From Phoronis australis (taxonomy: Eukaryota; Animalia; Phoronida), in assembly GCA_002633005.1 (NCBI GenBank), contig NMRA01000007.1:696362-760361 (forward strand): a stretch of 64,000 nt of DNA, written 5' to 3'. Shown here piece by piece: positions 38,862 to 53,143 of this stretch. Each line of letters starts with the position of its first letter. The first letter of the stretch is position 1. The position numbers were made by a program, and so were the translations under genes. The notes under the pieces are model-generated. The model ran no database searches and was not told where the DNA came from. It saw only the letters and a program-made list of their open reading frames with translations.

Positions 38862-40446
38862 GTAATATGCCGTGAGGGTGCTAGGTTGGGTCTTGATTGT
38901 GTTCTTGTTATTATTATTATTGTTATTGGGTTATTGTTATTGTTAGTAATATTTTACAGTTGTCATTGTCACAATCATGACTACTGTTTCTATCATGCCA
39001 TATGATGTCACCAACAGGTGGCGTATAAGACTTATAAATTGTGCTTCTATGATTGAATGGCTCTCTTTCTGAAGACTGGCCAACATGAATCCATTCTGAC
39101 TTGTGATTTGTCGAAAACTGGCATCAACTAAATATAGAAATCAACACAGTAACAAGAGAGTGATTAACTCAAAAGTATAGTTTCCTGCTTTGTTACCATG
39201 GTGATGCCCCTGCGTCATGACAGCAAATCTATAAGATCGCAATACATGTTCAGTGTGTCCTTGTTTAGTCAGTTGAGTGTGCAGCACTGATGGCAGTCTT
39301 GGTACAAAACTGTATTTTGAACAATTTGGATAAACAAATGGCTATAAAATAAAATCTGACTGAAAATTACTGTCATTTAAAACTCTTCCTAAATTAGTTG
39401 CCAGGGATAAAAATTGCCATTCTGCCATTATTCTGCTGCTCAATTTGTAGAGCATTTTTTTGCATCTGCTTTCAGCACCGTAAAATAGAGTGTCACTTAT
39501 TAGTCAAATTCTTTTTTCACCGATTCTTCAATCACCTGTTCCCCTTTCACAAGACTTCATACGTGTCACAACAAATTATAGAATTGGTATCGTTTCAGTA
39601 TTTTAATACCAGAAAACTGAATTTTTTAGCAAGTTTTGCAGATGTTGCAGGAAAAATAAGGAACGGATTCCCATCTTTATTTTGACATTAGTCTCATACA
39701 GCTAGCTGACTGGCCACACTGACGTAAGCCTTGTTGTGACTGTCTCACAAACTGAACTTGGTATTATACTGCTAATAGGATATTTAGAGGCACTTGGAAC
39801 TTTTTAGACACCAGTTCTTTAAGGGAGTGTGAACAAAATAATAACACACAAACTCATTTGGCAAATCTTTGTACGCTAACAGGATTTGCACGCAAGTAGA
39901 CGAGAAAGCGTGCACCCATTTACCCCAGAGTATCCAGCGAAGTCCTCAGCACACCAAAGGCTTAATGGCGCCGTCACAGATTGAAATGAGCTAGTCGCTA
40001 TTCATGGGCTTGGCTGAACGTGCTGATATGAGATAATTGCGGTCATAAACCAACATGCGTGTTTAGCGTATAGTTTTTGTAAATAAGGCAAACGACCAAC
40101 ATGCCTGTTTTTAAAATTGAAAAGTAAATTGTAGCCATCTTTGAATTTTTAAAATGGATGCATTATAAGGGAAATTATCAAATAGTTTTTCTTCAGTATT
40201 GCGGCTAAGGCAAGAGCATTTATTTGCTGATCGATTGGGACGGGTTAGTCACCGTCTGGCTCAGGTTTGCTTAGGTGTTGAGGTAACAAAACCCAAAAGT
40301 TACCGTGGGATTTGTCTCATGGGGAGTTTTATCTACAATTTTTTTAATGCAAAAGTGAACAACAACAAGTTTGTCAGCTTGGCAAGTTTCTAAATAAGGA
40401 TTAGTGAATACTCCCTTGTACTCATAATGCCGTCATTTTTTTTCAG

Positions 40447-40455
40447 GATGACTGA
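40447..40455 (+). CDS. ARPIN: ARPIN terminal coding segment GAT GAC TGA (DD*)
   Basis: Poly-T tract plus CAG acceptor, then DD-stop, completing EWDD; total CDS 669 nt = 222 aa plus stop. Confidence 0.88.
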   Translation, partial: DD

Positions 40456-43123
40456 ACACTGCAATAATTGCCAAGGAGCTTCTTGTTCGTATTTAACCGA
40501 GCATTTACTGCGGAGCCCGTGGAGTGTGTATGTCAATAACGAAGACTAGTTGGTAACAGCAGGTGTCCTTCCATCTTTTAGCAGACCTCTTTGTTCGCGT
40601 AGCCGTTAATGCTGTGGGCCTGTATCAGAGACCACTAAAATTTACTGGAGACTCATTTCGAAAATTAACGAATGGCTCACCTGGCATTGAGTAGTTTTTT
40701 TTCAATTTAACATTACGTGCTTGGTCAATTTTTGATCTGAGTGAGTCTCGAGTAACGTTTTGTGGTCACGGGATCTGGTATTGTGGACTACTAAGCTCAT
40801 CTGGTTCACTGCAAAGGGCATCAGGTCATTTGCTATTAATACTTTTTTCATATTAAAGGCATAGACCTGCACACTTCCATGCGTTTTAAAGAAAAGCGCT
40901 TCCCACCAACTCCCGCTTTTATCGCCACCTCATCACACTTACATTAGACAAGCTGTTGATGTCTGGCGCAGACTAAACTGAAGACAATCCTGGACTGTAG
41001 CGACTATTGTTGCTGCTGCCACACACGAAGATCGACTAGTTAAAGCTGTTGCATGGTCATGATGTCATGTGGCATGAATCTATTAAAGCCTAATTTCAAC
41101 GGAATTTTTTTATTTTAGATATATTGGGCGAACCAGATAGTCCCAGTAAAGCCTTAGTAAAATAAGAAAATGCGAGTTCAATCACGCAAATGTAAGCCCG
41201 TCAAATGATAAGTGAAGCTGCCTATTTCGTGCCATGTTGCGTCACCGCGAGATCCCAGCGCAAACAGCAAAAGGTTGTATTGGATAGGGGTTTGAATATA
41301 GCACCATCGCGTCCGGGTATTATTCGTAGCTGATTCTCGCAGTGACATAAACAAAAGCAAGCTAATATGCCTAACAGTTCATTACATTTGTCAATTTATG
41401 GCACCAGTGGGCTCAGAGCGATGCTCTTAACATATTGTAGGAACCAAATTTACAGGTGTTACCGTTGAAGATAGGCTATAAGTTGTGTATTGAACACGTT
41501 GCTGTTGACTTATCACATTGGTCTGCAGGTTTGTTTGTCATGCATGTGACTTTTCCAATAATAATTTGGGGCTGTTTAACTCTGATTGTACTCGTCTAGG
41601 GTGATGTATGTGTGATCTGTTCATATTAACTTCCTGGCAAGTCATTTTACTAATGATGGCTGGGTTAATGATGATGCCGTCATTTGTAAAGGTAGCACCT
41701 TTTAATAATGACAAAAGGAAATGGGGTTGTCAATCATAATTATGCTGTTTTTAATTAGGAGTTGTTTTTCAACTTAGACGTCTTGTTTGTTTAGTTCTGC
41801 GACAACATTTTTTCATTGACTTTTTATGCATCCAAACACATACGTTTACCTATCTTTACATGGTTATTTATCACAGGTGCTTTTGACAAAAAACCTGACT
41901 GACGTTGACTTTTTGAATTTATCCCTCGTGTTTTTGTTGACAGAATGGTGTCTAACATTGACTTTTGGACAGTTTGTGCTCCCTATTGGCAGTTTTTGTT
42001 TTTTGCATATTCCTCTATGTTTAATATTGGGTCGTCATTAAATCTAGCAGATAACAAGCAGAAATTGCCCTGACATTTCCAATTAATGCTGTGCCCACTC
42101 TTGCAATTTTGTTATTTAAGCATTTTTTTGGTATCCGCTTTTCTATCTGCCAAACAGTTACAGAAGATTAGTTTCTATTTCTATAGTATAACTAGGATCA
42201 ATTAATGAATGGATTGGGCTGCATCCTTGGTAATTTTAGTTTTTTTTCCGGCAATCTCAGTGTATGTTATGAGTGCAAAAGTTTGTCATTTTTCATGTGA
42301 CTAGCACTGCGCCTTATCCACTCAGTTCACTAGTTTTGTGCAAGTTAACGTGTGTACAACTGAACAATTTGTGTTGCTCTTATTAGAAGCTACAGAAAAG
42401 TTTGTATCACTTAAGGTTCTTATTGGCATGGTATGACTCAAAGATTTTTATATTTTATCCGCTCTGTGTTAGAAAATATGGTGTCAAGATGTTGAAAGCG
42501 GATTCACTCATTTGTAGGTCACAATGTGCTGCATTGTGGCTAAGTTGCTCACCATTTTGTATTTTGTTTAAGACCTATATCTCTGAGATTTTGCTCGGAG
42601 ATTGTATTTTTCAAATCATTTTTGTCCACAGTAACAGTGTGTAGTGGTTACTCCTAGATGCCATTGAATCTCATTATTTGATGCACCAATTGGGGTTTAG
42701 GACTCAGGACTGAATCGTTCCCAAATTTTGTCCACATGTCAACTTTCGCCTGTAGGTCAAAATTTCCTGTCATAAATCATCATACTCAGAGTTTTCCAGT
42801 ATTTTTTTCAAAGGCGTGTTTTGAATAGTACTCGATCAGCATTGCCTCATTTACTTTGTACTGTTTAGTTTGTTGCCATCTGATTTCCAGGAACTTTAGT
42901 TTGAGCTGTGACTGATAGGTGTCAGTACAAATTACCCACTGATGGGTTTGACAAAGGGCATGTGATTATTCTCTCTGCATTGTAAAATAAATGACCAATG
43001 TAAAATGACTTCACTTTCAAGGCTGGAACAACGTGGTATTATGTAAATAAATTAAGCAGTGAATTAGTTATTACATTTGTTTGTTATGTAAGTAAAAGTT
43101 TTGATTTAGTGTGTAACTGAACA

Positions 43124-43129
43124 AATAAA
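43124..43129 (+). terminator. candidate ARPIN polyadenylation signal (3'UTR about 2.7 kb)
   Basis: AATAAA at 43124 (also 42986) at the end of a long U-rich plus-strand tract. Confidence 0.4.
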
Positions 43130-44985
43130 AATACCAGGCTCTACATCTAGGGGAACAGTGAGAGTTTCTACAGGGCACACTTCATAATCTGCCCCAAGGC
43201 GAAACAGTAAATAATCACAATTATGGTTCCACATTGCAGCTTTGAAAATAATGCATGTTCAGTGGTCACCTTCTCCAATGTTTCAGTGACATGCAAAATC
43301 AGGGACAACTTCCCACAAAACATGTATCACAATTTGCTCAACATCCAGTAATACCGATATCACAAATGTTATTCTTTGTTTGCTTATGCGCGTATGTATG
43401 GATGTTCAGTCTTGAAATGTCTGCCACTGGTTGGTGCGATTTAGACCCGAAAACAGGTATAAAATGCCCGGGTCTTGGTATTTTTCCCGTTCAGGTAACC
43501 ACGGGGAAATATTAGTATTTGAATTTTTTTACAAATTTTATGGGCTTTGGATTAACAGGTGTGCCCCCACAACATTTACACCCATTGTGGGCTCCTGGGG
43601 GGTTGGGAAGGATTAAAGAGAACTGGAACTGGAAAAATAAACTAAATTGCATTATTCAGAGTTGTTCTCTGCCACTGAAACAGAATTCAGTCTTCTCACT
43701 AGGTATTTTTACCGTTTGTTCGTAAAAATTTTGAATTTCTATTGATGAGGAAGCATTTTTCTTTTACTTTCAAATTTCAAAAAAACGATTTGTCAACTGC
43801 TCATCACTTTGTCAATTTTTCTCCCACAAGTTAAAGCGCAAGACATAGACGTAGATGTTTAGTTGTGACGTATTTGCCACTACTGCTAACCTTTCATTCT
43901 ATCATAATGTTGCTATAGCTGACTATTATCGTAAGTAAGGGTCACGTTTGTTCATATTTAGACAATTCTATGTTTTGACCCAGGAAACTTTATTTTTGAA
44001 ACACAGATATGATGTAGTCACATCACCATGCATATTGTTGTCATGGAGATCGCCGTAACTAGTTGCGCAGAGGTGTTCTTATTTCGAAATTATATTTGTA
44101 ACTATGGTGAATAAACAGAATTTATGATTTTGTGTTTAGAATTTTTATAATCAGGGATAATCAAGCATTAAATGCGCAACGTGGAGCAGATTAACACGAA
44201 CTTACCTCAGACAGAACATTAGCAGTTGTTCAGAGGTTTTCACAAGAAATACTTCGATTTTCCAACCAGAATGTGTTTGCATTTTCTTTTGTTTTCGCAA
44301 AAAATATGCTTACTCATTTACCCTCGACTTTCCTGGAAGTCGTCGTAGGGACGACAGCTTTTATGGTATAGCACTCACTTATCACGCGTTTAGTGGCAAG
44401 CATATTACTTTGGTTCCGTTCTATCTAATTTTGCAACGATTTTGTAGAGTTCAAGGAGTGGTGCTTGTTGCGTTGAAGTTAAGATATATATAAAAGCTTT
44501 AAAATTCTTGGACAGTAACTGTATTTTATCATCGCTCAATGGTGCAATCATATATCATAGGCAATAGCTTCGAACTTTCATATTTCGTGTGGAATTCCCA
44601 AAAGAGGCAGCACTTTCCGGACCACAGTTCGAGTAGTTGATTATGACATTACCACTGGTCTGAGTCAGTCGGAAAGTCCTTGATTGCACGCTGTCTCAAG
44701 TCACCTGAAAAAAGGCATAACCGACAGAAAGTACTCTCTATTGGGTTTTCTCATAGACAATGATATTCACAAAAACATGTCTTTTTACTTCACTGCGTCC
44801 GCGAAAAATTTGAGATGCCAAAAATGGCCAAAAGAGAGAGAGTTTCTCACCTAAAATCACAAATTCACGACTGCCCAGTGCAAGAAAGGAGACCGTAACC
44901 GATAATCCGAATGCCCTTTCACTCTAGATTACAGAAATTCAGGTTAAAATATGACATTACCAACCAGATTTTTGTCTAAATGTTA

Positions 44986-45284
44986 CCAGGGCCCGGTCTC
45001 CAATCTCCGTACTCAGACTCGAATCATGCTCAAACTCACACTTCATACTCAACTCGAGTACAGACTCAGCTTTGGTGTATTCAATGTCATACTCGAAAAA
45101 TCTGTACTCGAAATTTCGAGCACGTACTCAGTTTTCGAGTGTACTCGAACTGAAGTGTATCTCATCTATATTTCGAGTACGATTTTGAGTAAAAATTCGG
45201 AGNACTCCAGTGAGCACGATTTTGAGTATGAAATCTCGAGTATGAGTATGAGTCTGAGTACGGAGATTGGAGACCGGGCCCTGG
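44986..45284. mobile_element. foldback MITE with perfect 35-bp TIRs
   Basis: CCAGGGCCCGGTCTCCAATCTCCGTACTCAGACTC and its exact reverse complement at 45250-45284; internal TACTCGA/TCGAGTA repeats. Confidence 0.85.
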
Positions 45285-46591
45285 ATTCGCGCCACAAATT
45301 CAAGACTCAATAGGTATATATGCTCTGAAACTGGCAGCACAAGACCTGACGCCAAATTTCTGAACTCAATTCGCTCAAAACAACTTCAAGGAACTACTGA
45401 ATACCATTTGTGTTAATGGCTTCTCGTTTAAATTAGAAAAATCTCACTTTTTAAGAAGTTTCATCCATTCGTTCTTTTGTTGCTTCAACCACCAATAGGG
45501 GGCTCTGGGAACACGTAATCAGCCTGCAAAAACATGACGTAAAAAGGTTTTAGTTGTATCTTAGAGAAAAAGCAGACAACATTACTAATTACCATTCTCT
45601 GAAAACCTGACTGGTGATTATATGACTGGCATGCGTTCTTCGTCTATATGATAGAGAGTGTCCCGTTAGTTTACAGGGAGACTGTGGACGCGACGACAAG
45701 AAGCCGAATCTGCCTTGCTCTCGTTTTCTTATCTTCGTTGTGAAAGGCACTGGCATGGTATGGGGGGGCACCCAAGGGGGTTATGGCCATCTGTTCAGTG
45801 CAAAAAATTGTCAACTCGGTCAACACCCAGTGTAATGTTGCGTTCATAATGTCCCCGCATGTTGCTATATTAATTTTAGTATCCACACGAGTTGCCAGAA
45901 ATTTGGTGTTTGCACCCTCCCGGTCAGAAAACAATTCATGAAAGACAATTTTATTAGTGACTCAGTTCATGACAGATATTAGTCAACAAAGTTCAACACA
46001 ATGGTCTGGACTTCAAACATACCGAGTGACTGCCTCTGTGGCGTTGCAAGGGGTGTCAGGTGGACCCGGGCGCCGGAGGGGGATGCCAAACAGATGTTGT
46101 TCGGGGGGGCACCAGTCATAATTGGGGATTACACAGCTACCGACAGGGGGTGGGTTGGGGGGTGCTTGGGTGAAAGCCAGCTCCAAATTCTCTTCGGTGA
46201 ACATTGCATATGATTCAGTTACTCCACGACTGGTCTTGCTCAGTCACAAATTTACTTACTCTGTCTAGTAGGAGCTCATCCTCTGGCCTTCATTTACGAG
46301 GTACTTTACAGCATCTCACTGAGATGTTCTGAAGTGTCTTTAGCTTGACTGACTAAAGCCACCAATGGTGATCGCACTTTTTTGTTGAAAACTCTCTAAA
46401 CGAACACGAAGGACCTTCGTTTCTCATGATAACTTCAAAACCAGTCTTCAAATAATAATTCTTACAAGTTCAAACTTCAAAGGCATTTACTTTCATTTAA
46501 AAACTCCAAAGAGTGCTAAATTGACCAGATAATGGAAGAAAACAAGAAAGTTACTTGTATAATTTTTTATAGATCCTCAAACCTAATGATT

Positions 46592-46843
46592 AAAAATGGA
46601 CAATCGCCGCACAAATAAAAAAGTTCATGTTAACTCAACGTTTCGTCTATTCATAAGACATCATCAGGATATGTACAGTAGGACAACAAGTGTCGATTAC
46701 CATTCAAGTCATATCCATGTGGTGAAATGAGGGAATAGTAAGTAGGTCATCACTATAGTTGTGGGGTCACTGAGCTCTGCATGTTATTGAGCGAATCAGT
46801 AACATGCTGGTCCTTTTTTACTTGTGCGGCGATTGTCCATTTT
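46592..46843. mobile_element. Penelope-like remnant: ~30-bp inverted repeat enclosing a hammerhead-like core
   Basis: AAAATGGACAATCGCCGCACAAATAAAAAAG vs CTTTTTTACTTGTGCGGCGATTGTCCATTTT; CTGATGA...GAAACG on the minus strand. Confidence 0.45.
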
Positions 46844-48297
46844 CTAATCGTACTATGGCTAAAAAATGATGTAATCAAACCTAATGTCGATTCACTCACT
46901 GGGCAAAGATCACCGGGTTCTGTTTTGATACTGACCGCGCAATAGATCCAGAAAACAACTTGCTTTCATTTGAAAGAGCTTAGGCTTGATTTTTATAACA
47001 ATTAAAGGCACAATTGTAGTTCAAATGGTCTGTAAACTTCCATCCTTTTTTCCAAATACACTGTTTTGCATGATAATTTTCACTAAAATGTGAAGTTGTG
47101 GCAAGGCGTTTTTTGCTCAGTCATTAGCTCCTTAGCTGTATGTTCAAAAAGTTACGAAAAGCTACAAGGTGCAATATGGCGGCACGAGAGGGTCACAAAA
47201 AGCAGCCACTAGAATTAGCTAGGAAAAGTGGTCTGTGGATTATCTCCCCTGTTTAGCACAAAGCTGTCAAATTTGAATAAATGCCAAATAATTATGTACA
47301 GTGTACCTTGATTATTCTAGCCACCAAAGCACAACTTTCACTCTATTTTGTAGGTTTCTTACTTTCGTTGCTGAAAACATACAATTTTGGAGACGGCTAT
47401 TATGACCAATTGCGGTCTAATGCTCCAGCGGTGAAATTAGGGGTCATTGAGTGCACAAAATGTGGCATTTAGATTTTTGTTAGGGTACCTATCTATGTAC
47501 AATTAATGAAGTTGTTTTGAATTTTGACTTATGTACTGATTTTTGAAAATCTACTGGTTTTTATATAGACTGCCTCTTAAAGCGTTCACTTGAGTTTTAT
47601 TTAATGCTGTCGATTCCAGCGGCGTCCCAGCGGTATTCCCGACGCACGTTACATTCAGTTCTCGGTGCGCCTTTCCAAATTGAAAAACACGCTTTCCTAT
47701 GCAATGCATTTGTCGAGAGCAAAATGGACAGACTGCCGAAAAAAGCTGGTAAGTGACGTTGAACAATCTTCGCTGTGCGCGTAAGATTTGGGTCTCTAGT
47801 TCAAGTAGTAAAAAAATATTTTGGAAAAACTTTAGGGCTTGTTTCGGGAGAATTACCCTGCAGTGTTGCCGTCGGGAATTCCGGGAGATTTATTGTACCC
47901 AATCTCATTTCAAACAAAAGATAATAAAAATGTGTTGGCGCTGCTTTGGAAGAGCAAATCTGCGCCTGAAAATTGTTGATTTTAAAAACGGAATTCGGTT
48001 GGTAGTGGTTGCGTTTTTGTTCTGGTTCACGTTTTACAAAATGAATAGTGGGCTAAAACGTCATTCCAAGATATAATTATAATCATACTGTCATTTTCAT
48101 AAAAAGTTGTAGTTGTATTGGATTATCGACAGTGTCAGTGCTCAATAAATAGTCTCTTTACTACGGACACCTTATAGAAAGTGAAAATCCGGCGGCATAT
48201 TACGCTTTACCTGTGCATCCCGTACTGGGAATTGGCCCCGTGAATTAAACACAAAGCGCTATAAGGGACATAGCGGCGAGAAAAGAGATTTTCTGGA

Positions 48298-48366
48298 TCA
48301 GCCTCGGCGCGGAATCGACCTGAAACCCTCCCAGTCGCAGTCTAGCGCTCTGTTGTCCTACTGGAC
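48298..48366 (-). mobile_element. degenerate tRNA-derived SINE head
   Basis: Minus strand AGAGCGCTAGACTGCGACT...GGTCGATTCCGCG resembles tRNA arms and a B-box; no proper cloverleaf. Confidence 0.3.
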
Positions 48367-51300
48367 AAATGTCAGAGTATTGTTAACGTATTTTTCTTGT
48401 GAAGTCACCGGCTTTGATTTCAGCGAATGTTCGGCAGACAATGACAAAAATTGATGATTTATGATAAAATCACAAAAAATACAACGTTTTTTTTTTCAAG
48501 AAGACTATTTTATCTAACAATAATCCCAAAAATGCATTTTCGGGCGAAAAATCGATAATTTGAATGTTTGTCTGGTTTCAAGAAACTAGGAGATCGCACA
48601 TATCTTGTGTGCCCGAGTGACTTGTTCGAATAGCTGATCAAACATTCTATTAGAATGATTCCGAGAAACAAACATAGCAATCTAAAAAGTGATCTCAACG
48701 TCCGAAGCCAATAAAATGGTTTGATTTCTTTATAAATTCCTTTGACAATATTTGGCTGGGCGCGATTGTACAGAGTTTAACTCTACTAATGTGTATGCAA
48801 ATATACTGTAGTGAATGGGACATGAGCTGAAGAAACGCTGGCGAAATAATAGGCGGAACTCGATGGTTTAATGGATTCTCGAGGTTTGTTTGAATTGAAA
48901 CATTAAGCTTTTTAGTCCATGGTTCCATTCACGGCTGTTGCGTAATAAAACTGCCTAGCTTACACTAACACATTGTGTATTCGAGTTAAACGTGTGTGTC
49001 AACAGCGGATTTGAAATGAAAATCCCTCTTGTATATTTCAGTGAAATCGATTATAAACAAAATGACGTGTGAAGTATATAATTGCTTTACTGACTTGGTT
49101 GCATGCATGTTGCGCAAAAATGTGAACGACTCACATTATCCAAACGTTATTCAAACACTGAACACATTTTTGCAAGCTTCAAAGGATCATTGTTTGTGTA
49201 TTCGGTAGCACGGCAAACAAGATTGATTGAGCATTCTTACGATTGCCTGAAAATCTGCCTTACGGAAATATTGGAATCTGTAATCCATTGCGTATTAATC
49301 GTCCGTTAGCTTGAGATGATTTCAATTGTTACGTAACTTATTGAATAGAGAGATGAAGGAGATTTGCAGAAGGTTGAATATTAATTAATTAGGTTTTAAG
49401 CTTAGACATTAATTACATTTCTTTGTCGCAAATCATAAGTGTGTATTAACGTTTAATGCTTAACACTTCGCTGCCAATGTTAATCTAAGTAATAAGTGCG
49501 AATTTACATCAGATGGTGAGATATTTTCGACAATCCATTTTTTTTAAGCTTCCACCAAAATAGTGAAATAAAACTTCCGTCAAATAGTGTAATGCAATAA
49601 CAGTACTTTGTGCCCTCTGTTTTTACGTTAGTCTCTGGATCGGTTTCGTAGCTTCGATAAGTTTTGAGGCGAGAGAATTTTCACTAACTTTTTAATTCTA
49701 TTTAAATAGCTTTATTATGTGGTCCAGATAGATTATGCAGTTTTTAACTCACCAGCGGACAATAAGTCGGAGTCAGTAATTCTCCATATTGACTGCTCAT
49801 AATTTCATATTGACCTCTGCGATGGAAACGCTGTTTTAATTTCTTTTTAAAACTTTTTTGTGAAGCAATGGAGATCTCGTGACTTGGTTGCAGGATGTTC
49901 CTGCTCAAAAGTCACTACTTTTCCACTGCACCACCAGCATGTTCCTGACATCGAAAGCCTAACACTTTTTATGTCATCCGGGTTCTGATTCGACGCTTGT
50001 TTTTAAAGCACAATAAATGTTAACCTCCATCAAAGCATCGAAGTTCCCTCCATCACGCTATTGAACAAAAGGTGAGTTCTCAAAAGCTAAAATCTTCACC
50101 GACTTCCAATGTGTCATTTGCGCGTGCGCGCTGAGTGTGTAGTCTTGCAGCTTACAGTAGCAGTGACGTAACCAAATGAGCCTTGTCTTTTGTTTTCTAT
50201 TATTGGAAAATGTCTACAAAACATGGCATCTTTCCCAAAATATAACCGATTTTCCTTTGTCCATTCCGGGCATCTGCTAGGAGTTTCTTCAAAATCTCTC
50301 CATAAGGTTTTGAGTAAACAGTTGGTATCTGACTGTACTGGTTAAAATAAATCAGTTAGAATTCGCCTAGCGGTGGTACTACCTATTGCTAACTAAAATT
50401 AACCCGCCGCGACACGCCTGGTTTGAAGCAAAAACGATCTGTCAGTTTTTCTCAAGCCTGAAACTCATTTATAATCTCAGTAAGAAACAAGATGGTGTGA
50501 GCTATATAACAGTAATCAGAGGCCTATCAAGTTGGTCTTTGACAAAAGGCGTGGCCGGCTTATTGCCCCTTAGTTGAGTTTGTATATATGTTTTATTGAC
50601 AGCTCGTTCCGGGAAGCTGCTAGAATCCGATTAATCTGAGTCCGAAGTGTCGTGCACAGTTTAAACCTGATTTTCTAATGGAATATTCGATAAAAATAAG
50701 GCCATTCAAACTAACTCGCTATTGTGTCTTTTTGGCTTAACGAATTTAAGGAACATATTATAGGAACAGTTAATTGGTTTATATTGGAGATAAATTCAAT
50801 GCCGTCTAAATGAACGAGACAATCTTTTCCTAAAATGTCTTGATTTTACGAATTATGTAATTTTTCGATCAATCTAAGTGTCATCACAGATACCACAAAA
50901 TAATACAACATTTCAGCCTTGTCGACCAATTACGTCACTGGCGATCATGTTGTTCAGTGGTCTACACAAGTAAGGCACGAGGTTACTCGCAAAATATTTC
51001 CTTTTCACTCGTTTGATTTTGGCTTATGTCGCGTTAAGTTTCTCGCAAGAAGCTGGCTTTACGGGACGTATTGTACCCGTTGCGATCTCAAAAGGACAAC
51101 AAAGGGCAGATACAATACGTGTCTTTCTCAAAAATAAAATTACGTTTCGCAACTGACCGTTGCTTGCATTACAATTATAATAGATCTTATTCATTTCAAA
51201 ATTTCAAGAATGTTCATGGTCTCCGAGGAATGTGTGTTTCGTCATTTAGTCGACTTTGGACTAAATATAAAACAGTTCTAAGGATTGTTCAGTTATTCTA

Positions 51301-53137
51301 ATGCTTTTCTGGTGTAGCGTGCTCTTAGAAAACACTTGTAACGTAAAACATCAAACGTTTATATTACTCCATACAAAAGTGTCTTCTCGAGAGGAATCCT
51401 TTCTTTTCCAATACAAAGTTCGAGCTGTGCTCAGTCCCCTAAGACGGCCAAACATTCGAATAGTCTTGACTATTCACCGAGGATTGGTAAAGATAAGTCG
51501 GTCGAACAATAGGGCTGTGGATAAGCAAACGATGTATCGAATCATTATTTAATACTTAAAGCTAATAAACTGGGAATTAAGGTGAAATGAACAGTGATGA
51601 AGAACAGGTAGGGTTTAAGGTGGAACACCTGAGCAAAGCGTACAGATACCGTAAACCTTAGCAAAGAGGTCGGGACGACTTTGTAGGATTAATTGCCCGT
51701 TCAATCCGCTTTAAGAGAGGGTGCTTTCTGATTCCTTTCTATTACGAGCATACCAGAACACGGTGTCCCATGGCGTTTTATAATGCTATTGCCGTAAGAT
51801 AGAAGATGGTATTGGGACCTATTTAGGTCTTCTCTTCTCACAGTTTTCCTTGCTTAATTGAATAGATGCGTGCGCATTAATGCTGAGAGGCTACAAATCC
51901 GTAAAGTCAAGATATTAGTTCAAACTTTACCGATTAGAATGCTATAAGCAAGACGCATTATACCTCTCAGTTTGATCGCTCAGCGGGGATGAATTCATTC
52001 CATTCTGGCTATTATTCGTGATTCATTTTATTTTTACTCTAATACCAATATTCATGTAGGATCACACACACGAAGAATCGACTTAGTATGGATGGCTTAA
52101 AACGGGTTAGCTGATTTATTATGACAGAAGCATGCAATTATAGTCCAGGACTCCTCTCGTGTGAAGCTCCGATCACAAAACCGACGTAAGATCAAAGCAG
52201 AAAAATAAAACCCTTATTCCGTATATTAGATAAGACGAACTTTAACAAAATTTTAATCTCAGTACCGCAAACATGTACGGGTAGAAAATCTTCCAAGCTT
52301 CTTTTTATTACGATCCCACACTAATTGCGGGACATATGTCGAACATGAATGCCAATTACACCAGTCGTTTGTCCTGACGTATACTTTTTGTCAAATCCTT
52401 GGCTACATTGCGAGTTAAAACGTTCAAAGACGAGATTATCAGGCTCTAATTTCAAGATTGTATGTAAATAAATGTAACCGTGGGTTGTGACCCAGAAAAA
52501 AGGACTCGCGATTAAATGCAGTACTCGCGAGAAATTGGTAATCTAAACCAACGCAGGCAGAGGAAAATGGAATTGTGACGACATCAACCAATGAAGAAGC
52601 CTTACGAGTCATTGTCCCTCCGTGGTAGTAATATGAACGATGATGATAATTTTGATTATGTCTGTTTATACAGCATGTGTGTACGGTATAGTCGTTCTTC
52701 TACAGGAAACAGAGAATTTAGAAACCTTAATGAATGTGATATAACTGAATACTGTCATCGACAAACACTTAATTCCATGAAATTCAATTTAAAATATGGT
52801 GGCTAAATTTTCCGCTTGCCTAACGAACATGAGTGAAGCAGATTTATCCAACATCCTGAGAGAAATGTCATGACATACTGATATAACGTTTTTATCCTCT
52901 AATTCGGCTACACTTGAAATTCTTAATTTTAATAATATAGTTTTACGGCCTTGTTAAGAACATGAAGGAGTATCAAGGTTTTTCGTGGATTCCCAGACAT
53001 TCGCTGAACCGTAGTACAGTTCAACCTGTTTCAAAGTTAAACTTTTTTTATCATCTTTCACACCTTTCGGAATTTTACAAGTCCAACAACACCTGCAGAA
53101 AGAAACCAAATAAAATAAAAACATTGTTGCTATATGT

Positions 53138-53143
53138 TTTATT
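53138..53143 (-). terminator. candidate gsc polyadenylation signal AATAAA
   Basis: AATAAA on the minus strand ~570 nt past the stop, followed by a U-rich tract; a second AATAAA lies near 53530. Confidence 0.45.

Noticed and set aside
48298-48366. Functional tRNA gene
   Set aside because: No acceptor stem or full cloverleaf; at best a SINE head
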